From contig JAUCBJ010000640.1 in NCBI GenBank assembly GCA_032718475.1, positions 31,767 to 95,766 on the forward strand: a DNA stretch of 64,000 nt, read 5' to 3'. The notes below the pieces were generated by a model. That model saw only the letters and a list, made by a program, of their open reading frames with translations. It made no database searches and was not told the origin of the DNA. Origin of the DNA: Nemertoderma westbladi. Taxonomy: Eukaryota > Animalia > Xenacoelomorpha. Numbering within the stretch: the stretch's first letter is position 1; each line of letters starts with the position of its first letter. Both the position numbers and the translations under genes were made by a program. Below, one piece after another: positions 1-15,000 of the stretch.

Positions 1-3000
1 TAAAGATGGAGTAGTTCAGGTTAATATACCTCCGAGGTGAGTAAATAAAGAGGGAGTTTAGGTTAATATACCTCCGAGGTGAGTAAATAAAGAGAGAGTT
101 TAGGTTAATATACCTCCGAGGTGAGTAAATAAAGAGGGAGTTTAGGTTAATATACCTCCGAGGTGAGTAAATAAAGATGGAGTAGTTCAGGTTAATATAC
201 CTCCGAGGTGAGTAAATAAAGAGGGAGTTTAGGTTAATATACCTCCGAGGTGAGTAAATAAAGAGAGAGTTTAGGTTAATATACCCCCGAGGTGAGTAAA
301 TAAAGAGAGAGTTCAGGTTAATATACCCCCGAGGTGAGTAAATAAAGACAGAGTAGTTTAGGTTAATATACCCCCGAGGTGAGTAAATAAAGAGGGAGTA
401 GTTCAGGTTAATATACCCCCGAGGTGAGTAAATAAAGAGAGAGTTTAGGTTAATATACCTCCGAGGTGAGTAAATAAAGAGAGAGTTTAGGTTAATATAC
501 CCCCGAGGTGAGTAAATAAAGAGAGAGTTCAGGTTAATATACCTCCGAGGTGAGTAAATAAAGAGGGAGTTTAGGTTAATATACCTCCGAGGTGAGTAAA
601 TAAAGAGAGAGTTTAGGTTAATATACCTCCGAGGTGAGTAAATAAAGAGGGAGTTTAGGTTAATATACCTCCGAGGTGAGTAAATAAAGAGGGAGTTTAG
701 GTTAATATACCTCCGAGGTGAGTAAATAAAGAGAGAGTTTAGGTTAATATACCTCCGAGGTGAGTAAATAAAGAGGGAGTTTAGGTTAATATACCTCCGA
801 GGTGAGTAAATAAAGATGGAGTAGTTCAGGTTAATATACCTCCGAGGTGAGTAAATAAAGAGGGAGTTTAGGTTAATATACCTCCGAGGTGAGTAAATAA
901 AGAGAGAGTTTAGGTTAATATACCCCCGAGGTGAGTAAATAAAGAGAGAGTTCAGGTTAATATACCCCCGAGGTGAGTAAATAAAGACAGAGTAGTTTAG
1001 GTTAATATACCCCCGAGGTGAGTAAATAAAGAGGGAGTAGTTCAGGTTAATATACCCCCGAGGTGAGTAAATAAAGAGAGAGTTTAGGTTAATATACCTC
1101 CGAGGTGAGTAAATAAAGAGAGAGTTTAGGTTAATATACCCCCGAGGTGAGTAAATAAAGAGAGAGTTCAGGTTAATATACCTCCGAGGTGAGTAAATAA
1201 AGAGAGAGTTTAGGTTAATATACCTCCGAGGTGAGTAAATAAAGAGAGAGTTTAGGTTAATATACCCCCGAGGTGAGTAAATAAAGAGAGAGTTCAGGTT
1301 AATATACCCCGAGGTGAGTAAATAAAGAGAGAGTTCAGGTTAATATACCTCCGAGGTGAGTAAATAAAGAGAGAGTTTAGGTTAATATACCCCCGAGGTG
1401 AGTAAATAAAGAGGGAGTAGTTCAGGTTAATATACCCCCGAGGTGAGTAAATAAAGAGAGAGTTTAGGTTAATATACCTCCGAGGTGAGTAAATAAAGAG
1501 AGAGTTTAGGTTAATATACCCCCGAGGTGAGTAAATAAAGAGAGAGTTCAGGTTAATATACCTCCGAGGTGAGTAAATAAAGAGGGAGTAGTTCAGGTTA
1601 ATATACCCCCGAGGTGAGTAAATAAAGAGAGAGTTTAGGTTAATATACCCCCGAGGTGAGTAAATAAAGAGAGAGTTCAGGTTAATATACCCCCGAGGTG
1701 AGTAAATAAAGAGGGAGTTTAGGTTAATATACCCCCGAGGTGAGTAAATAAAGAGAGAGTTTAGGTTAATATACCCCCGAGGTGAGTAAATAAAGAGAGA
1801 GTTCAGGTTAATATACCTCCGAGGTGAGTAAATAAAGAGAGAGTTCAGGTTAATATACCCCCGAGGTGAGTAAATAAAGAGGGAGTAGTTCAGGTTAATA
1901 TACCCCCGAGGTGAGTAAATAAAGAGAGAGTTTAGGTTAATATACCTCCGAGGTGAGTAAATAAAGAGAGAGTTTAGGTTAATATACCTCCGAGGTGAGT
2001 AAATAAAGAGGGAGTAGTTCAGGTTAATATACCTCCGAGGTGAGTAAATAAAGAGAGAGTTCAGGTTAATATACCTCCGAGGTGAGTAAATAAAGAGGGA
2101 GTTTAGGTTAATATACCCCCGAGGTGAGTAAATAAAGAGAGAGTTTAGGTTAATATACCTCCGAGGTGAGTAAATAAAGAGAGAGTAGTTCAGGTTAATA
2201 TACCTCCGAGGTGAGTAAATAAAGAGAGAGTAGTTCAGGTTAATATACCCCCGAGGTGAGTAAATAAAGAGGGAGTTTAGGTTAATATACCCCCGAGGTG
2301 AGTAAATAAAGAGGGAGTAGTTCAGGTTAATATACCTCCGAGGTGAGTAAATAAAGAGAGAGTTCAGGTTAATATACCCCCGAGGTGAGTAAATAAAGAG
2401 GGAGTAGTTCAGGTTAATATACCCCCGAGGTGAGTAAATAAAGAGAGAGTTTAGGTTAATATACCTCCGAGGTGAGTAAATAAAGAGAGAGTTTAGGTTA
2501 ATATACCCCCGAGGTGAGTAAATAAAGAGAGAGTTCAGGTTAATATACCTCCGAGGTGAGTAAATAAAGAGGGAGTAGTTCAGGTTAATATACCCCCGAG
2601 GTGAGTAAATAAAGAGAGAGTTTAGGTTAATATACCCCCGAGGTGAGTAAATAAAGAGAGAGTTCAGGTTAATATACCCCCGAGGTGAGTAAATAAAGAG
2701 GGAGTTTAGGTTAATATACCCCCGAGGTGAGTAAATAAAGAGAGAGTTCAGGTTAATATACCTCCGAGGTGAGTAAATAAAGAGGGAGTTTAGGTTAATA
2801 TACCCCCGAGGTGAGTAAATAAAGAGAGAGTTTAGGTTAATATACCTCCGAGGTGAGTAAATAAAGAGAGAGTAGTTCAGGTTAATATACCTCCGAGGTG
2901 AGTAAATAAAGAGAGAGTAGTTCAGGTTAATATACCCCCGAGGTGAGTAAATAAAGAGGGAGTTTAGGTTAATATACCCCCGAGGTGAGTAAATAAAGAG

Positions 3001-6000
3001 GGAGTAGTTCAGGTTAATATACCTCCGAGGTGAGTAAATAAAGAGAGAGTTCAGGTTAATATACCCCCGAGGTGAGTAAATAAAGAGGGAGTAGTTCAGG
3101 TTAATATACCCCCGAGGTGAGTAAATAAAGAGAGAGTTTAGGTTAATATACCTCCGAGGTGAGTAAATAAAGAGAGAGTTTAGGTTAATATACCCCCGAG
3201 GTGAGTAAATAAAGAGAGAGTTCAGGTTAATATACCTCCGAGGTGAGTAAATAAAGAGGGAGTAGTTCAGGTTAATATACCCCCGAGGTGAGTAAATAAA
3301 GAGAGAGTTTAGGTTAATATACCCCCGAGGTGAGTAAATAAAGAGAGAGTTCAGGTTAATATACCCCCGAGGTGAGTAAATAAAGAGGGAGTTTAGGTTA
3401 ATATACCCCCGAGGTGAGTAAATAAAGAGAGAGTTTAGGTTAATATACCCCCGAGGTGAGTAAATAAAGAGAGAGTTCAGGTTAATATACCTCCGAGGTG
3501 AGTAAATAAAGAGAGAGTTTAGGTTAATATACCTCCGAGGTGAGTAAATAAAGAGAGAGTTTAGGTTAATATACCTCCGAGGTGAGTAAATAAAGAGGGA
3601 GTAGTTCAGGTTAATATACCCCCGAGGTGAGTAAATAAAGAGAGAGTTTAGGTTAATATACCTCCGAGGTGAGTAAATAAAGAGGGAGTTTAGGTTAATA
3701 TACCCCCGAGGTGAGTAAATAAAGAGAGAGTTTAGGTTAATATACCTCCGAGGTGAGTAAATAAAGAGGGAGTTTAGGTTAATATACCTCCGAGGTGAGT
3801 AAATAAAGAGGGAGTTTAGGTTAATATACCCCCGAGGTGAGTAAATAAAGAGAGAGTTTAGGTTAATATACCTCCGAGGTGAGTAAATAAAGAGGGAGTA
3901 GTTCAGGTTAATATACCCCCGAGGTGAGTAAATAAAGAGAGAGTTTAGGTTAATATACCTCCGAGGTGAGTAAATAAAGAGGGAGTTTAGGTTAATATAC
4001 CTCCGAGGTGAGTAAATAAAGAGAGAGTTTAGGTTAATATACCTCCGAGGTGAGTAAATAAAGAGAGAGTTTAGGTTAATATACCTCCGAGGTGAGTAAA
4101 TAAAGAGAGAGTTTAGGTTAATATACCCCCGAGGTGAGTAAATAAAGAGGGAGTAGTTCAGGTTAATATACCTCCGAGGTGAGTAAATAAAGAGGGAGTT
4201 TAGGTTAATATACCTCCGAGGTGAGTAAATAAAGAGAGAGTTTAGGTTAATATACCTCCGAGGTGAGTAAATAAAGAGAGAGTTTAGGTTAATATACCTC
4301 CGAGGTGAGTAAATAAAGAGAGAGTTTAGGTTAATATACCCCCGAGGTGAGTAAATAAAGAGGGAGTAGTTCAGGTTAATATACCCCCGAGGTGAGTAAA
4401 TAAAGAGGGAGTTCAGGTTAATATACCTCCGAGGTGAGTAAATAAAGAGGGAGTAGTTCAGGTTAATATACCCCCGAGGTGAGTAAATAAAGAGAGAGTT
4501 TAGGTTAATATACCTCCGAGGTGAGTAAATAAAGAGGGAGTAGTTCAGGTTAATATACCTCCGAGGTGAGTAAATAAAGAGAGAGTTTAGGTTAATATAC
4601 CCCCGAGGTGAGTAAATAAAGAGAGAGTTTAGGTTAATATACCCCCGAGGTGAGTAAATAAAGAGAGAGTAGTTCAGGTTAATATACCTCCGAGGTGAGT
4701 AAATAAAGAGAGAGTTTAGGTTAATATACCTCCGAGGTGAGTAAATAAAGAGAGAGTTTAGGTTAATATACCCCCGAGGTGAGTAAATAAAGAGAGAGTA
4801 GTTCAGGTTAATATACCTCCGAGGTGAGTAAATAAAGAGGGAGTAGTTCAGGTTAATATACCTCCGAGGTGAGTAAATAAAGAGAGAGTTTAGGTTAATA
4901 TACCCCCGAGGTGAGTAAATAAAGAGGGAGTAGTTCAGGTTAATATACCTCCGAGGTGAGTAAATAAAGAGGGAGTTTAGGTTAATATACCTCCGAGGTG
5001 AGTAAATAAAGAGGGAGTTTAGGTTAATATACCTCCGAGGTGAGTAAATAAAGAGGGAGTAGTTCAGGTTAATATACCTCCGAGGTGAGTAAATAAAGAG
5101 GGAGTAGTTCAGGTTAATATACCTCCGAGGTGAGTAAATAAAGAGGGAGTAGTTCAGGTTAATATACCTCCGAGGTGAGTAAATAAAGAGGGAGTAGTTC
5201 AGGTTAATATACCTCCGAGGTGAGTAAATAAAGAGGGAGTAGTTCAGGTTAATATACCTCCGAGGTGAGTAAATAAAGAGGGAGTAGTTCAGGTTAATAT
5301 ACCTCCGAGGTGAGTAAATAAAGAGAGAGTTTAGGTTAATATACCCCCGAGGTGAGTAAATAAAGAGGGAGTAGTTCAGGTTAATATACCTCCGAGGTGA
5401 GTAAATAAAGAGGGAGTTTAGGTTAATATACCTCCGAGGTGAGTAAATAAAGAGGGAGTTTAGGTTAATATACCTCCGAGGTGAGTAAATAAAGAGGGAG
5501 TAGTTCAGGTTAATATACCTCCGAGGTGAGTAAATAAAGAGAGAGTTTAGGTTAATATACCTCCGAGGTGAGTAAATAAAGAGAGAGTTTAGGTTAATAT
5601 ACCTCCGAGGTGAGTAAATAAAGAGAGAGTTCAGGTTAATATACCTCCGAGGTGAGTAAATAAAGAGAGAGTTTAGGTTAATATACCCCCGAGGTGAGTA
5701 AATAAAGAGAGAGTTTAGGTTAATATACCTCCGAGGTGAGTAAATAAAGAGGGAGTAGTTCAGGTTAATATACCTCCGAGGTGAGTAAATAAAGAGGGAG
5801 TAGTTCAGGTTAATATACCTCCGAGGTGAGTAAATAAAGAGGGAGTAGTTCAGGTTAATATACCTCCGAGGTGAGTAAATAAAGAGAGAGTTTAGGTTAA
5901 TATACCCCCGAGGTGAGTAAATAAAGAGGGAGTAGTTCAGGTTAATATACCTCCGAGGTGAGTAAATAAAGAGGGAGTTTAGGTTAATATACCTCCGAGG

Positions 6001-9000
6001 TGAGTAAATAAAGAGGGAGTTTAGGTTAATATACCTCCGAGGTGAGTAAATAAAGAGGGAGTAGTTCAGGTTAATATACCTCCGAGGTGAGTAAATAAAG
6101 AGAGAGTTTAGGTTAATATACCTCCGAGGTGAGTAAATAAAGAGAGAGTTTAGGTTAATATACCTCCGAGGTGAGTAAATAAAGAGAGAGTTCAGGTTAA
6201 TATACCTCCGAGGTGAGTAAATAAAGAGAGAGTTTAGGTTAATATACCCCCGAGGTGAGTAAATAAAGAGGGAGTAGTTCAGGTTAATATACCCCCGAGG
6301 TGAGTAAATAAAGAGAGAGTTTAGGTTAATATACCCCCGAGGTGAGTAAATAAAGAGGGAGTTCAGGTTAATATACCTCCGAGGTGAGTAAATAAAGAGA
6401 GAGTTTAGGTTAATATACCTCCGAGGTGAGTAAATAAAGAGAGAGTTTAGGTTAATATACCTCCGAGGTGAGTAAATAAAGAGAGAGTTTAGGTTAATAT
6501 ACCTCCGAGGTGAGTAAATAAAGAGAGAGTTTAGGTTAATATACCCCCGAGGTGAGTAAATAAAGAGGGAGTAGTTCAGGTTAATATACCTCCGAGGTGA
6601 GTAAATAAAGAGGGAGTTTAGGTTAATATACCTCCGAGGTGAGTAAATAAAGAGAGAGTTTAGGTTAATATACCTCCGAGGTGAGTAAATAAAGAGAGAG
6701 TTTAGGTTAATATACCTCCGAGGTGAGTAAATAAAGAGAGAGTTTAGGTTAATATACCCCCGAGGTGAGTAAATAAAGAGGGAGTAGTTCAGGTTAATAT
6801 ACCCCCGAGGTGAGTAAATAAAGAGGGAGTTCAGGTTAATATACCCCCGAGGTGAGTAAATAAAGAGAGAGTTTAGGTTAATATACCTCCGAGGTGAGTA
6901 AATAAAGAGAGAGTTTAGGTTAATATACCTCCGAGGTGAGTAAATAAAGAGGGAGTTTAGGTTAATATACCCCCGAGGTGAGTAAATAAAGAGAGAGTTT
7001 AGGTTAATATACCTCCGAGGTGAGTAAATAAAGAGAGAGTTTAGGTTAATATACCTCCGAGGTGAGTAAATAAAGAGGGAGTTTAGGTTAATATACCCCC
7101 GAGGTGAGTAAATAAAGAGGGAGTTTAGGTTAATATACCCCCGAGGTGAGTAAATAAAGAGGGAGTTTAGGTTAATATACCCCCGAGGTGAGTAAATAAA
7201 GAGGGAGTAGTTCAGGTTAATATACCTCCGAGGTGAGTAAATAAAGAGGGAGTTTAGGTTAATATACCTCCGAGGTGAGTAAATAAAGAGAGAGTTTAGG
7301 TTAATATACCTCCGAGGTGAGTAAATAAAGAGAGAGTTTAGGTTAATATACCTCCGAGGTGAGTAAATAAAGAGAGAGTTTAGGTTAATATACCCCCGAG
7401 GTGAGTAAATAAAGAGGGAGTAGTTCAGGTTAATATACCCCCGAGGTGAGTAAATAAAGAGGGAGTTCAGGTTAATATACCCCCGAGGTGAGTAAATAAA
7501 GAGAGAGTTTAGGTTAATATACCTCCGAGGTGAGTAAATAAAGAGAGAGTTTAGGTTAATATACCTCCGAGGTGAGTAAATAAAGAGGGAGTTTAGGTTA
7601 ATATACCCCCGAGGTGAGTAAATAAAGAGAGAGTTTAGGTTAATATACCTCCGAGGTGAGTAAATAAAGAGGGAGTTTAGGTTAATATACCTCCGAGGTG
7701 AGTAAATAAAGAGGGAGTTTAGGTTAATATACCTCCGAGGTGAGTAAATAAAGAGGGAGTTTAGGTTAATATACCCCCGAGGTGAGTAAATAAAGATGGA
7801 GTTTAGGTTAATATACCCCCGAGGTGAGTAAATAAAGAGAGAGTTTAGGTTAATATACCTCCGAGGTGAGTAAATAAAGAGGGAGTTTAGGTTAATATAC
7901 CCCCGAGGTGAGTAAATAAAGAGGGAGTAGTTCAGGTTAATATACCTCCGAGGTGAGTAAATAAAGAGGGAGTTTAGGTTAATATACCTCCGAGGTGAGT
8001 AAATAAAGAGAGAGTTTAGGTTAATATACCTCCGAGGTGAGTAAATAAAGAGAGAGTTTAGGTTAATATACCTCCGAGGTGAGTAAATAAAGAGAGAGTT
8101 TAGGTTAATATACCCCCGAGGTGAGTAAATAAAGAGGGAGTAGTTCAGGTTAATATACCCCCGAGGTGAGTAAATAAAGAGGGAGTTCAGGTTAATATAC
8201 CCCCGAGGTGAGTAAATAAAGAGAGAGTTTAGGTTAATATACCTCCGAGGTGAGTAAATAAAGAGAGAGTTTAGGTTAATATACCTCCGAGGTGAGTAAA
8301 TAAAGAGGGAGTTTAGGTTAATATACCCCCGAGGTGAGTAAATAAAGAGAGAGTTTAGGTTAATATACCTCCGAGGTGAGTAAATAAAGAGAGAGTTTAG
8401 GTTAATATACCTCCGAGGTGAGTAAATAAAGAGGGAGTTTAGGTTAATATACCCCCGAGGTGAGTAAATAAAGAGGGAGTTTAGGTTAATATACCCCCGA
8501 GGTGAGTAAATAAAGAGAGAGTTCAGGTTAATATACCTCCGAGGTGAGTAAATAAAGAGGGAGTTTAGGTTAATATACCCCCGAGGTGAGTAAATAAAGA
8601 GGGAGTAGTTCAGGTTAATATACCCCCGAGGTGAGTAAATAAAGAGAGAGTACAGGTTAATATACCCCCGAGGTGAGTAAATAAAGAGGGAGTTTAGGTT
8701 AATATACCCCCGAGGTGAGTAAATAAAGAGGGAGTAGTTCAGGTTAATATACCCCCGAGGTGAGTAAATAAAGAGAGAGTTTAGGTTAATATACCTCCGA
8801 GGTGAGTAAATAAAGAGAGAGTTTAGGTTAATATACCTCCGAGGTGAGTAAATAAAGAGGGAGTTTAGGTTAATATACCCCCGAGGTGAGTAAATAAAGA
8901 GAGAGTTTAGGTTAATATACCTCCGAGGTGAGTAAATAAAGAGAGAGTTTAGGTTAATATACCCCCGAGGTGAGTAAATAAAGAGAGAGTTTAGGTTAAT

Positions 9001-12000
9001 ATACCTCCGAGGTGAGTAAATAAAGAGAGAGTTCAGGTTAATATACCTCCGAGGTGAGTAAATAAAGAGGGAGTTTAGGTTAATATACCCCCGAGGTGAG
9101 TAAATAAAGAGGGAGTAGTTCAGGTTAATATACCCCCGAGGTGAGTAAATAAAGAGGGAGTAGTTCTGGTTAATATACCTCCGAGGTGAGTAAATAAAGA
9201 GAGAGTTTAGGTTAATATACCTCCGAGGTGAGTAAATAAAGAGGGAGTTTAGGTTAATATACCCCCGAGGTGAGTAAATAAAGAGAGAGTTTAGGTTAAT
9301 ATACCTCCGAGGTGAGTAAATAAAGAGAGAGTTTAGGTTAATATACCTCCGAGGTGAGTAAATAAAGAGGGAGTTTAGGTTAATATACCCCCGAGGTGAG
9401 TAAATAAAGAGGGAGTAGTTCAGGTTAATATACCCCCGAGGTGAGTAAATAAAGAGGGAGTTCAGGTTAATATACCCCCGAGGTGAGTAAATAAAGAGAG
9501 AGTTTAGGTTAATATACCTCCGAGGTGAGTAAATAAAGAGGGAGTTTAGGTTAACATACCCCCGAGGTGAGTAAATAAAGAGGGAGTAGTTCAGGTTAAT
9601 ATACCCCCGAGGTGAGTAAATAAAGAGAGAGTTTAGGTTAATATACCTCCGAGGTGAGTAAATAAAGAGAGAGTTTAGGTTAATATACCCCCGAGGTGAG
9701 TAAATAAAGAGGGAGTTCAGGTTAATATACCCCCGAGGTGAGTAAATAAAGAGAGAGTTTAGGTTAATATACCTCCGAGGTGAGTAAATAAAGAGGGAGT
9801 TTAGGTTAATATACCCCCGAGGTGAGTAAATAAAGAGAGAGTTTAGGTTAATATACCTCCGAGGTGAGTAAATAAAGAGAGAGTTTAGGTTAATATACCT
9901 CCGAGGTGAGTAAATAAAGAGAGAGTTTAGGTTAATATACCTCCGAGGTGAGTAAATAAAGAGGGAGTTCAGGTTAATATACCCCCGAGGTGAGTAAATA
10001 AAGAGAGAGTTTAGGTTAATATACCTCCGAGGTGAGTAAATAAAGAGGGAGTTTAGGTTAATATACCCCCGAGGTGAGTAAATAAAGAGAGAGTTTAGGT
10101 TAATATACCTCCGAGGTGAGTAAATAAAGAGAGAGTTTAGGTTAATATACCTCCGAGGTGAGTAAATAAAGAGAGAGTTTAGGTTAATATACCTCCGAGG
10201 TGAGTAAATAAAGAGAGAGTTTAGGTTAATATACCTCCGAGGTGAGTAAATAAAGAGGGAGTTTAGGTTAATATACCCCCGAGGTGAGTAAATAAAGAGA
10301 GAGTTTAGGTTAATATACCTCCGAGGTGAGTAAATAAAGAGAGAGTTTAGGTTAATATACCTCCGAGGTGAGTAAATAAAGAGGGAGTTCAGGTTAATAT
10401 ACCCCCGAGGTGAGTAAATAAAGAGAGAGTTTAGGTTAATATACCTCCGAGGTGAGTAAATAAAGAGGGAGTTCAGGTTAATATACCCCCGAGGTGAGTA
10501 AATAAAGAGAGAGTTTAGGTTAATATACCTCCGAGGTGAGTAAATAAAGAGGGAGTTTAGGTTAATATACCCCCGAGGTGAGTAAATAAAGAGGGAGTAG
10601 TTCAGGTTAATATACCCCCGAGGTGAGTAAATAAAGAGAGAGTTTAGGTTAATATACCTCCGAGGTGAGTAAATAAAGAGAGAGTTTAGGTTAATATACC
10701 CCCGAGGTGAGTAAATAAAGAGGGAGTTCAGGTTAATATACCCCCGAGGTGAGTAAATAAAGAGGGAGTTTAGGTTAATATACCTCCGAGGTGAGTAAAT
10801 AAAGAGGGAGTAGTTCAGGTTAATATACCCCCGAGGTGAGTAAATAAAGAGAGAGTTTAGGTTAATATACCTCCGAGGTGAGTAAATAAAGAGAGAGTTT
10901 AGGTTAATATACCCCCGAGGTGAGTAAATAAAGAGGGAGTTCAGGTTAATATACCCCCGAGGTGAGTAAATAAAGAGAGAGTTTAGGTTAATATACCTCC
11001 GAGGTGAGTAAATAAAGAGGGAGTTTAGGTTAATATACCCCCGAGGTGAGTAAATAAAGAGGGAGTAGTTCAGGTTAATATACCCCCGAGGTGAGTAAAT
11101 AAAGAGAGAGTTTAGGTTAATATACCTCCGAGGTGAGTAAATAAAGAGAGAGTTTAGGTTAATATACCCCCGAGGTGAGTAAATAAAGAGGGAGTTCAGG
11201 TTAATATACCCCCGAGGTGAGTAAATAAAGAGAGAGTTTAGGTTAATATACCTCCGAGGTGAGTAAATAAAGAGGGAGTTTAGGTTAATATACCCCCGAG
11301 GTGAGTAAATAAAGAGGGAGTAGTTCAGGTTAATATACCCCCGAGGTGAGTAAATAAAGAGGGAGTTCAGGTTAATATACCCCCGAGGTGAGTAAATAAA
11401 GAGAGAGTTTAGGTTAATATACCTCCGAGGTGAGTAAATAAAGAGAGAGTTTAGGTTAATATACCTCCGAGGTGAGTAAATAAAGAGAGAGTTTAGGTTA
11501 ATATACCTCCGAGGTGAGTAAATAAAGAGAGAGTTTAGGTTAATATACCTCCGAGGTGAGTAAATAAAGAGAGAGTTTAGGTTAATATACCTCCGAGGTG
11601 AGTAAATAAAGAGAGAGTTTAGGTTAATATACCTCCGAGGTGAGTAAATAAAGAGAGAGTTTAGGTTAATATACCTCCGAGGTGAGTAAATAAAGAGAGA
11701 GTTTAGGTTAATATACCTCCGAGGTGAGTAAATAAAGAGAGAGTTTAGGTTAATATACCTCCGAGGTGAGTAAATAAAGAGAGAGTTTAGGTTAATATAC
11801 CTCCGAGGTGAGTAAATAAAGAGAGAGTTCAGGTTAATATACCTCCGAGGTGAGTAAATAAAGAGAGAGTTTAGGTTAATATACCTCCGAGGTGAGTAAA
11901 TAAAGAGAGAGTTTAGGTTAATATACCTCCGAGGTGAGTAAATAAAGAGAGAGTTTAGGTTAATATACCTCCGAGGTGAGTAAATAAAGAGAGAGTTTAG

Positions 12001-15000
12001 GTTAATATACCTCCGAGGTGAGTAAATAAAGAGAGAGTTTAGGTTAATATACCCCCGAGGTGAGTAAATAAAGAGGGAGTAGTTCAGGTTAATATACCCC
12101 CGAGGTGAGTAAATAAAGAGAGAGTTTAGGTTAATATACCCCCGAGGTGAGTAAATAAAGAGGGAGTTTAGGTTAATATACCTCCGAGGTGAGTAAATAA
12201 AGAGAGAGTTTAGGTTAATATACCTCCGAGGTGAGTAAATAAAGAGGGAGTTTAGGTTAATATACCTCCGAGGTGAGTAAATAAAGAGAGAGTTCAGGTT
12301 AATATACCCCCGAGGTGAGTAAATAAAGAGGGAGTAGTTCAGGTTAATATACCCCCGAGGTGAGTAAATAAAGAGAGAGTTTAGGTTAATATACCCCCGA
12401 GGTGAGTAAATAAAGAGAGAGTTTAGGTTAATATACCTCCGAGGTGAGTAAATAAAGAGAGAGTTTAGGTTAATATACCTCCGAGGTGAGTAAATAAAGA
12501 GGGAGTAGTTCAGGTTAATATACCCCCGAGGTGAGTAAATAAAGAGAGAGTAGTTCAGGTTAATATACCCCCGAGGTGAGTAAATAAAGAGGGAGTTTAG
12601 GTTAATATACCCCCGAGGTGAGTAAATAAAGAGGGAGTTTAGGTTAATATACCTCCGAGGTGAGTAAATAAAGAGGGAGTTTAGGTTAATATACCCCCGA
12701 GGTGAGTAAATAAAGAGGGAGTTTAGGTTAATATACCTCCGAGGTGAGTAAATAAAGAGAGAGTTTAGGTTAATATACCCCCGAGGTGAGTAAATAAAGA
12801 GAGAGTAGTTCAGGTTAATATACCCCCGAGGTGAGTAAATAAAGAGGGAGTTTAGGTTAATATACCCCCGAGGTGAGTAAATAAAGAGGGAGTTTAGGTT
12901 AATATACCTCCGAGGTGAGTAAATAAAGAGAGAGTTTAGGTTAATATACCTCCGAGGTGAGTAAATAAAGAGAGAGTTTAGGTTAATATACCCCCGAGGT
13001 GAGTAAATAAAGAGAGAGTAGTTCAGGTTAATATACCCCCGAGGTGAGTAAATAAAGAGGGAGTTTAGGTTAATATACCCCCGAGGTGAGTAAATAAAGA
13101 GGGAGTTTAGGTTAATATACCTCCGAGGTGAGTAAATAAAGAGAGAGTTTAGGTTAATATACCTCCGAGGTGAGTAAATAAAGAGGGAGTTTAGGTTAAT
13201 ATACCTCCGAGGTGAGTAAATAAAGAGAGAGTTCAGGTTAATATACCCCCGAGGTGAGTAAATAAAGAGGGAGTAGTTCAGGTTAATATACCCCCGAGGT
13301 GAGTAAATAAAGAGAGAGTTTAGGTTAATATACCCCCGAGGTGAGTAAATAAAGAGAGAGTTTAGGTTAATATACCCCCGAGGTGAGTAAATAAAGAGAG
13401 AGTTTAGGTTAATATACCCCCGAGGTGAGTAAATAAAGAGAGAGTTCAGGTTAATATACCTCCGAGGTGAGTAAATAAAGAGGGAGTAGTTCAGGTTAAT
13501 ATACCTCCGAGGTGAGTAAATAAAGAGAGAGTTCAGGTTAATATACCCCCGAGGTGAGTAAATAAAGAGAGAGTTTAGGTTAATATACCTCCGAGGTGAG
13601 TAAATAAAGAGAGAGTTTAGGTTAATATACCCCCGAGGTGAGTAAATAAAGAGGGAGTAGTTCAGGTTAATATACCTCCGAGGTGAGTAAATAAAGAGAG
13701 AGTTTAGGTTAATATACCTCCGAGGTGAGTAAATAAAGAGGGAGTTTAGGTTAATATACCTCCGAGGTGAGTAAATAAAGAGGGAGTTTAGGTTAATATA
13801 CCCCCGAGGTGAGTAAATAAAGAGAGAGTTTAGGTTAATATACCTCCGAGGTGAGTAAATAAAGAGAGAGTTTAGGTTAATATACCCCCGAGGTGAGTAA
13901 ATAAAGAGAGAGTTTAGGTTAATATACCCCCGAGGTGAGTAAATAAAGAGGGAGTAGTTCAGGTTAATATACCCCCGAGGTGAGTAAATAAAGAGAGAGT
14001 TTAGGTTAATATACCCCCGAGGTGAGTAAATAAAGAGGGAGTTTAGGTTAATATACCTCCGAGGTGAGTAAATAAAGAGAGAGTTTAGGTTAATATACCC
14101 CCGAGGTGAGTAAATAAAGAGAGAGTTTAGGTTAATATACCCCCGAGGTGAGTAAATAAAGAGGGAGTTTAGGTTAATATACCCCCGAGGTGAGTAAATA
14201 AAGAGAGAGTTTAGGTTAATATACCTCCGAGGTGAGTAAATAAAGAGAGAGTTTAGGTTAATATACCCCCGAGGTGAGTAAATAAAGAGAGAGTTTAGGT
14301 TAATATACCCCCGAGGTGAGTAAATAAAGAGGGAGTAGTTCAGGTTAATATACCCCCGAGGTGAGTAAATAAAGAGAGAGTTTAGGTTAATATACCCCCG
14401 AGGTGAGTAAATAAAGAGGGAGTTTAGGTTAATATACCTCCGAGGTGAGTAAATAAAGAGAGAGTTTAGGTTAATATACCTCCGAGGTGAGTAAATAAAG
14501 AGGGAGTTTAGGTTAATATACCTCCGAGGTGAGTAAATAAAGAGAGAGTAGTTCAGGTTAATATACCTCCGAGGTGAGTAAATAAAGAGAGAGTTTAGGT
14601 TAATATACCTCCGAGGTGAGTAAATAAAGAGGGAGTTTAGGTTAATATACCTCCGAGGTGAGTAAATAAAGAGAGAGTTTAGGTTAATATACCTCCGAGG
14701 TGAGTAAATAAAGAGAGAGTTTAGGTTAATATACCTCCGAGGTGAGTAAATAAAGAGGGAGTTTAGGTTAATATACCTCCGAGGTGAGTAAATAAAGAGA
14801 GAGTTTAGGTTAATATACCTCCGAGGTGATTAAATAAAGAGAGAGTAGTTCAGGTTAATATACCCCCGAGGTGAGTAAATAAAGAGAGAGTTTAGGTTAA
14901 TATACCTCCGAGGTGAGTAAATAAAGAGGGAGTTTAGGTTAATATACCCCCGAGGTGAGTAAATAAAGAGGGAGTTTAGGTTAATATACCCCCGAGGTGA

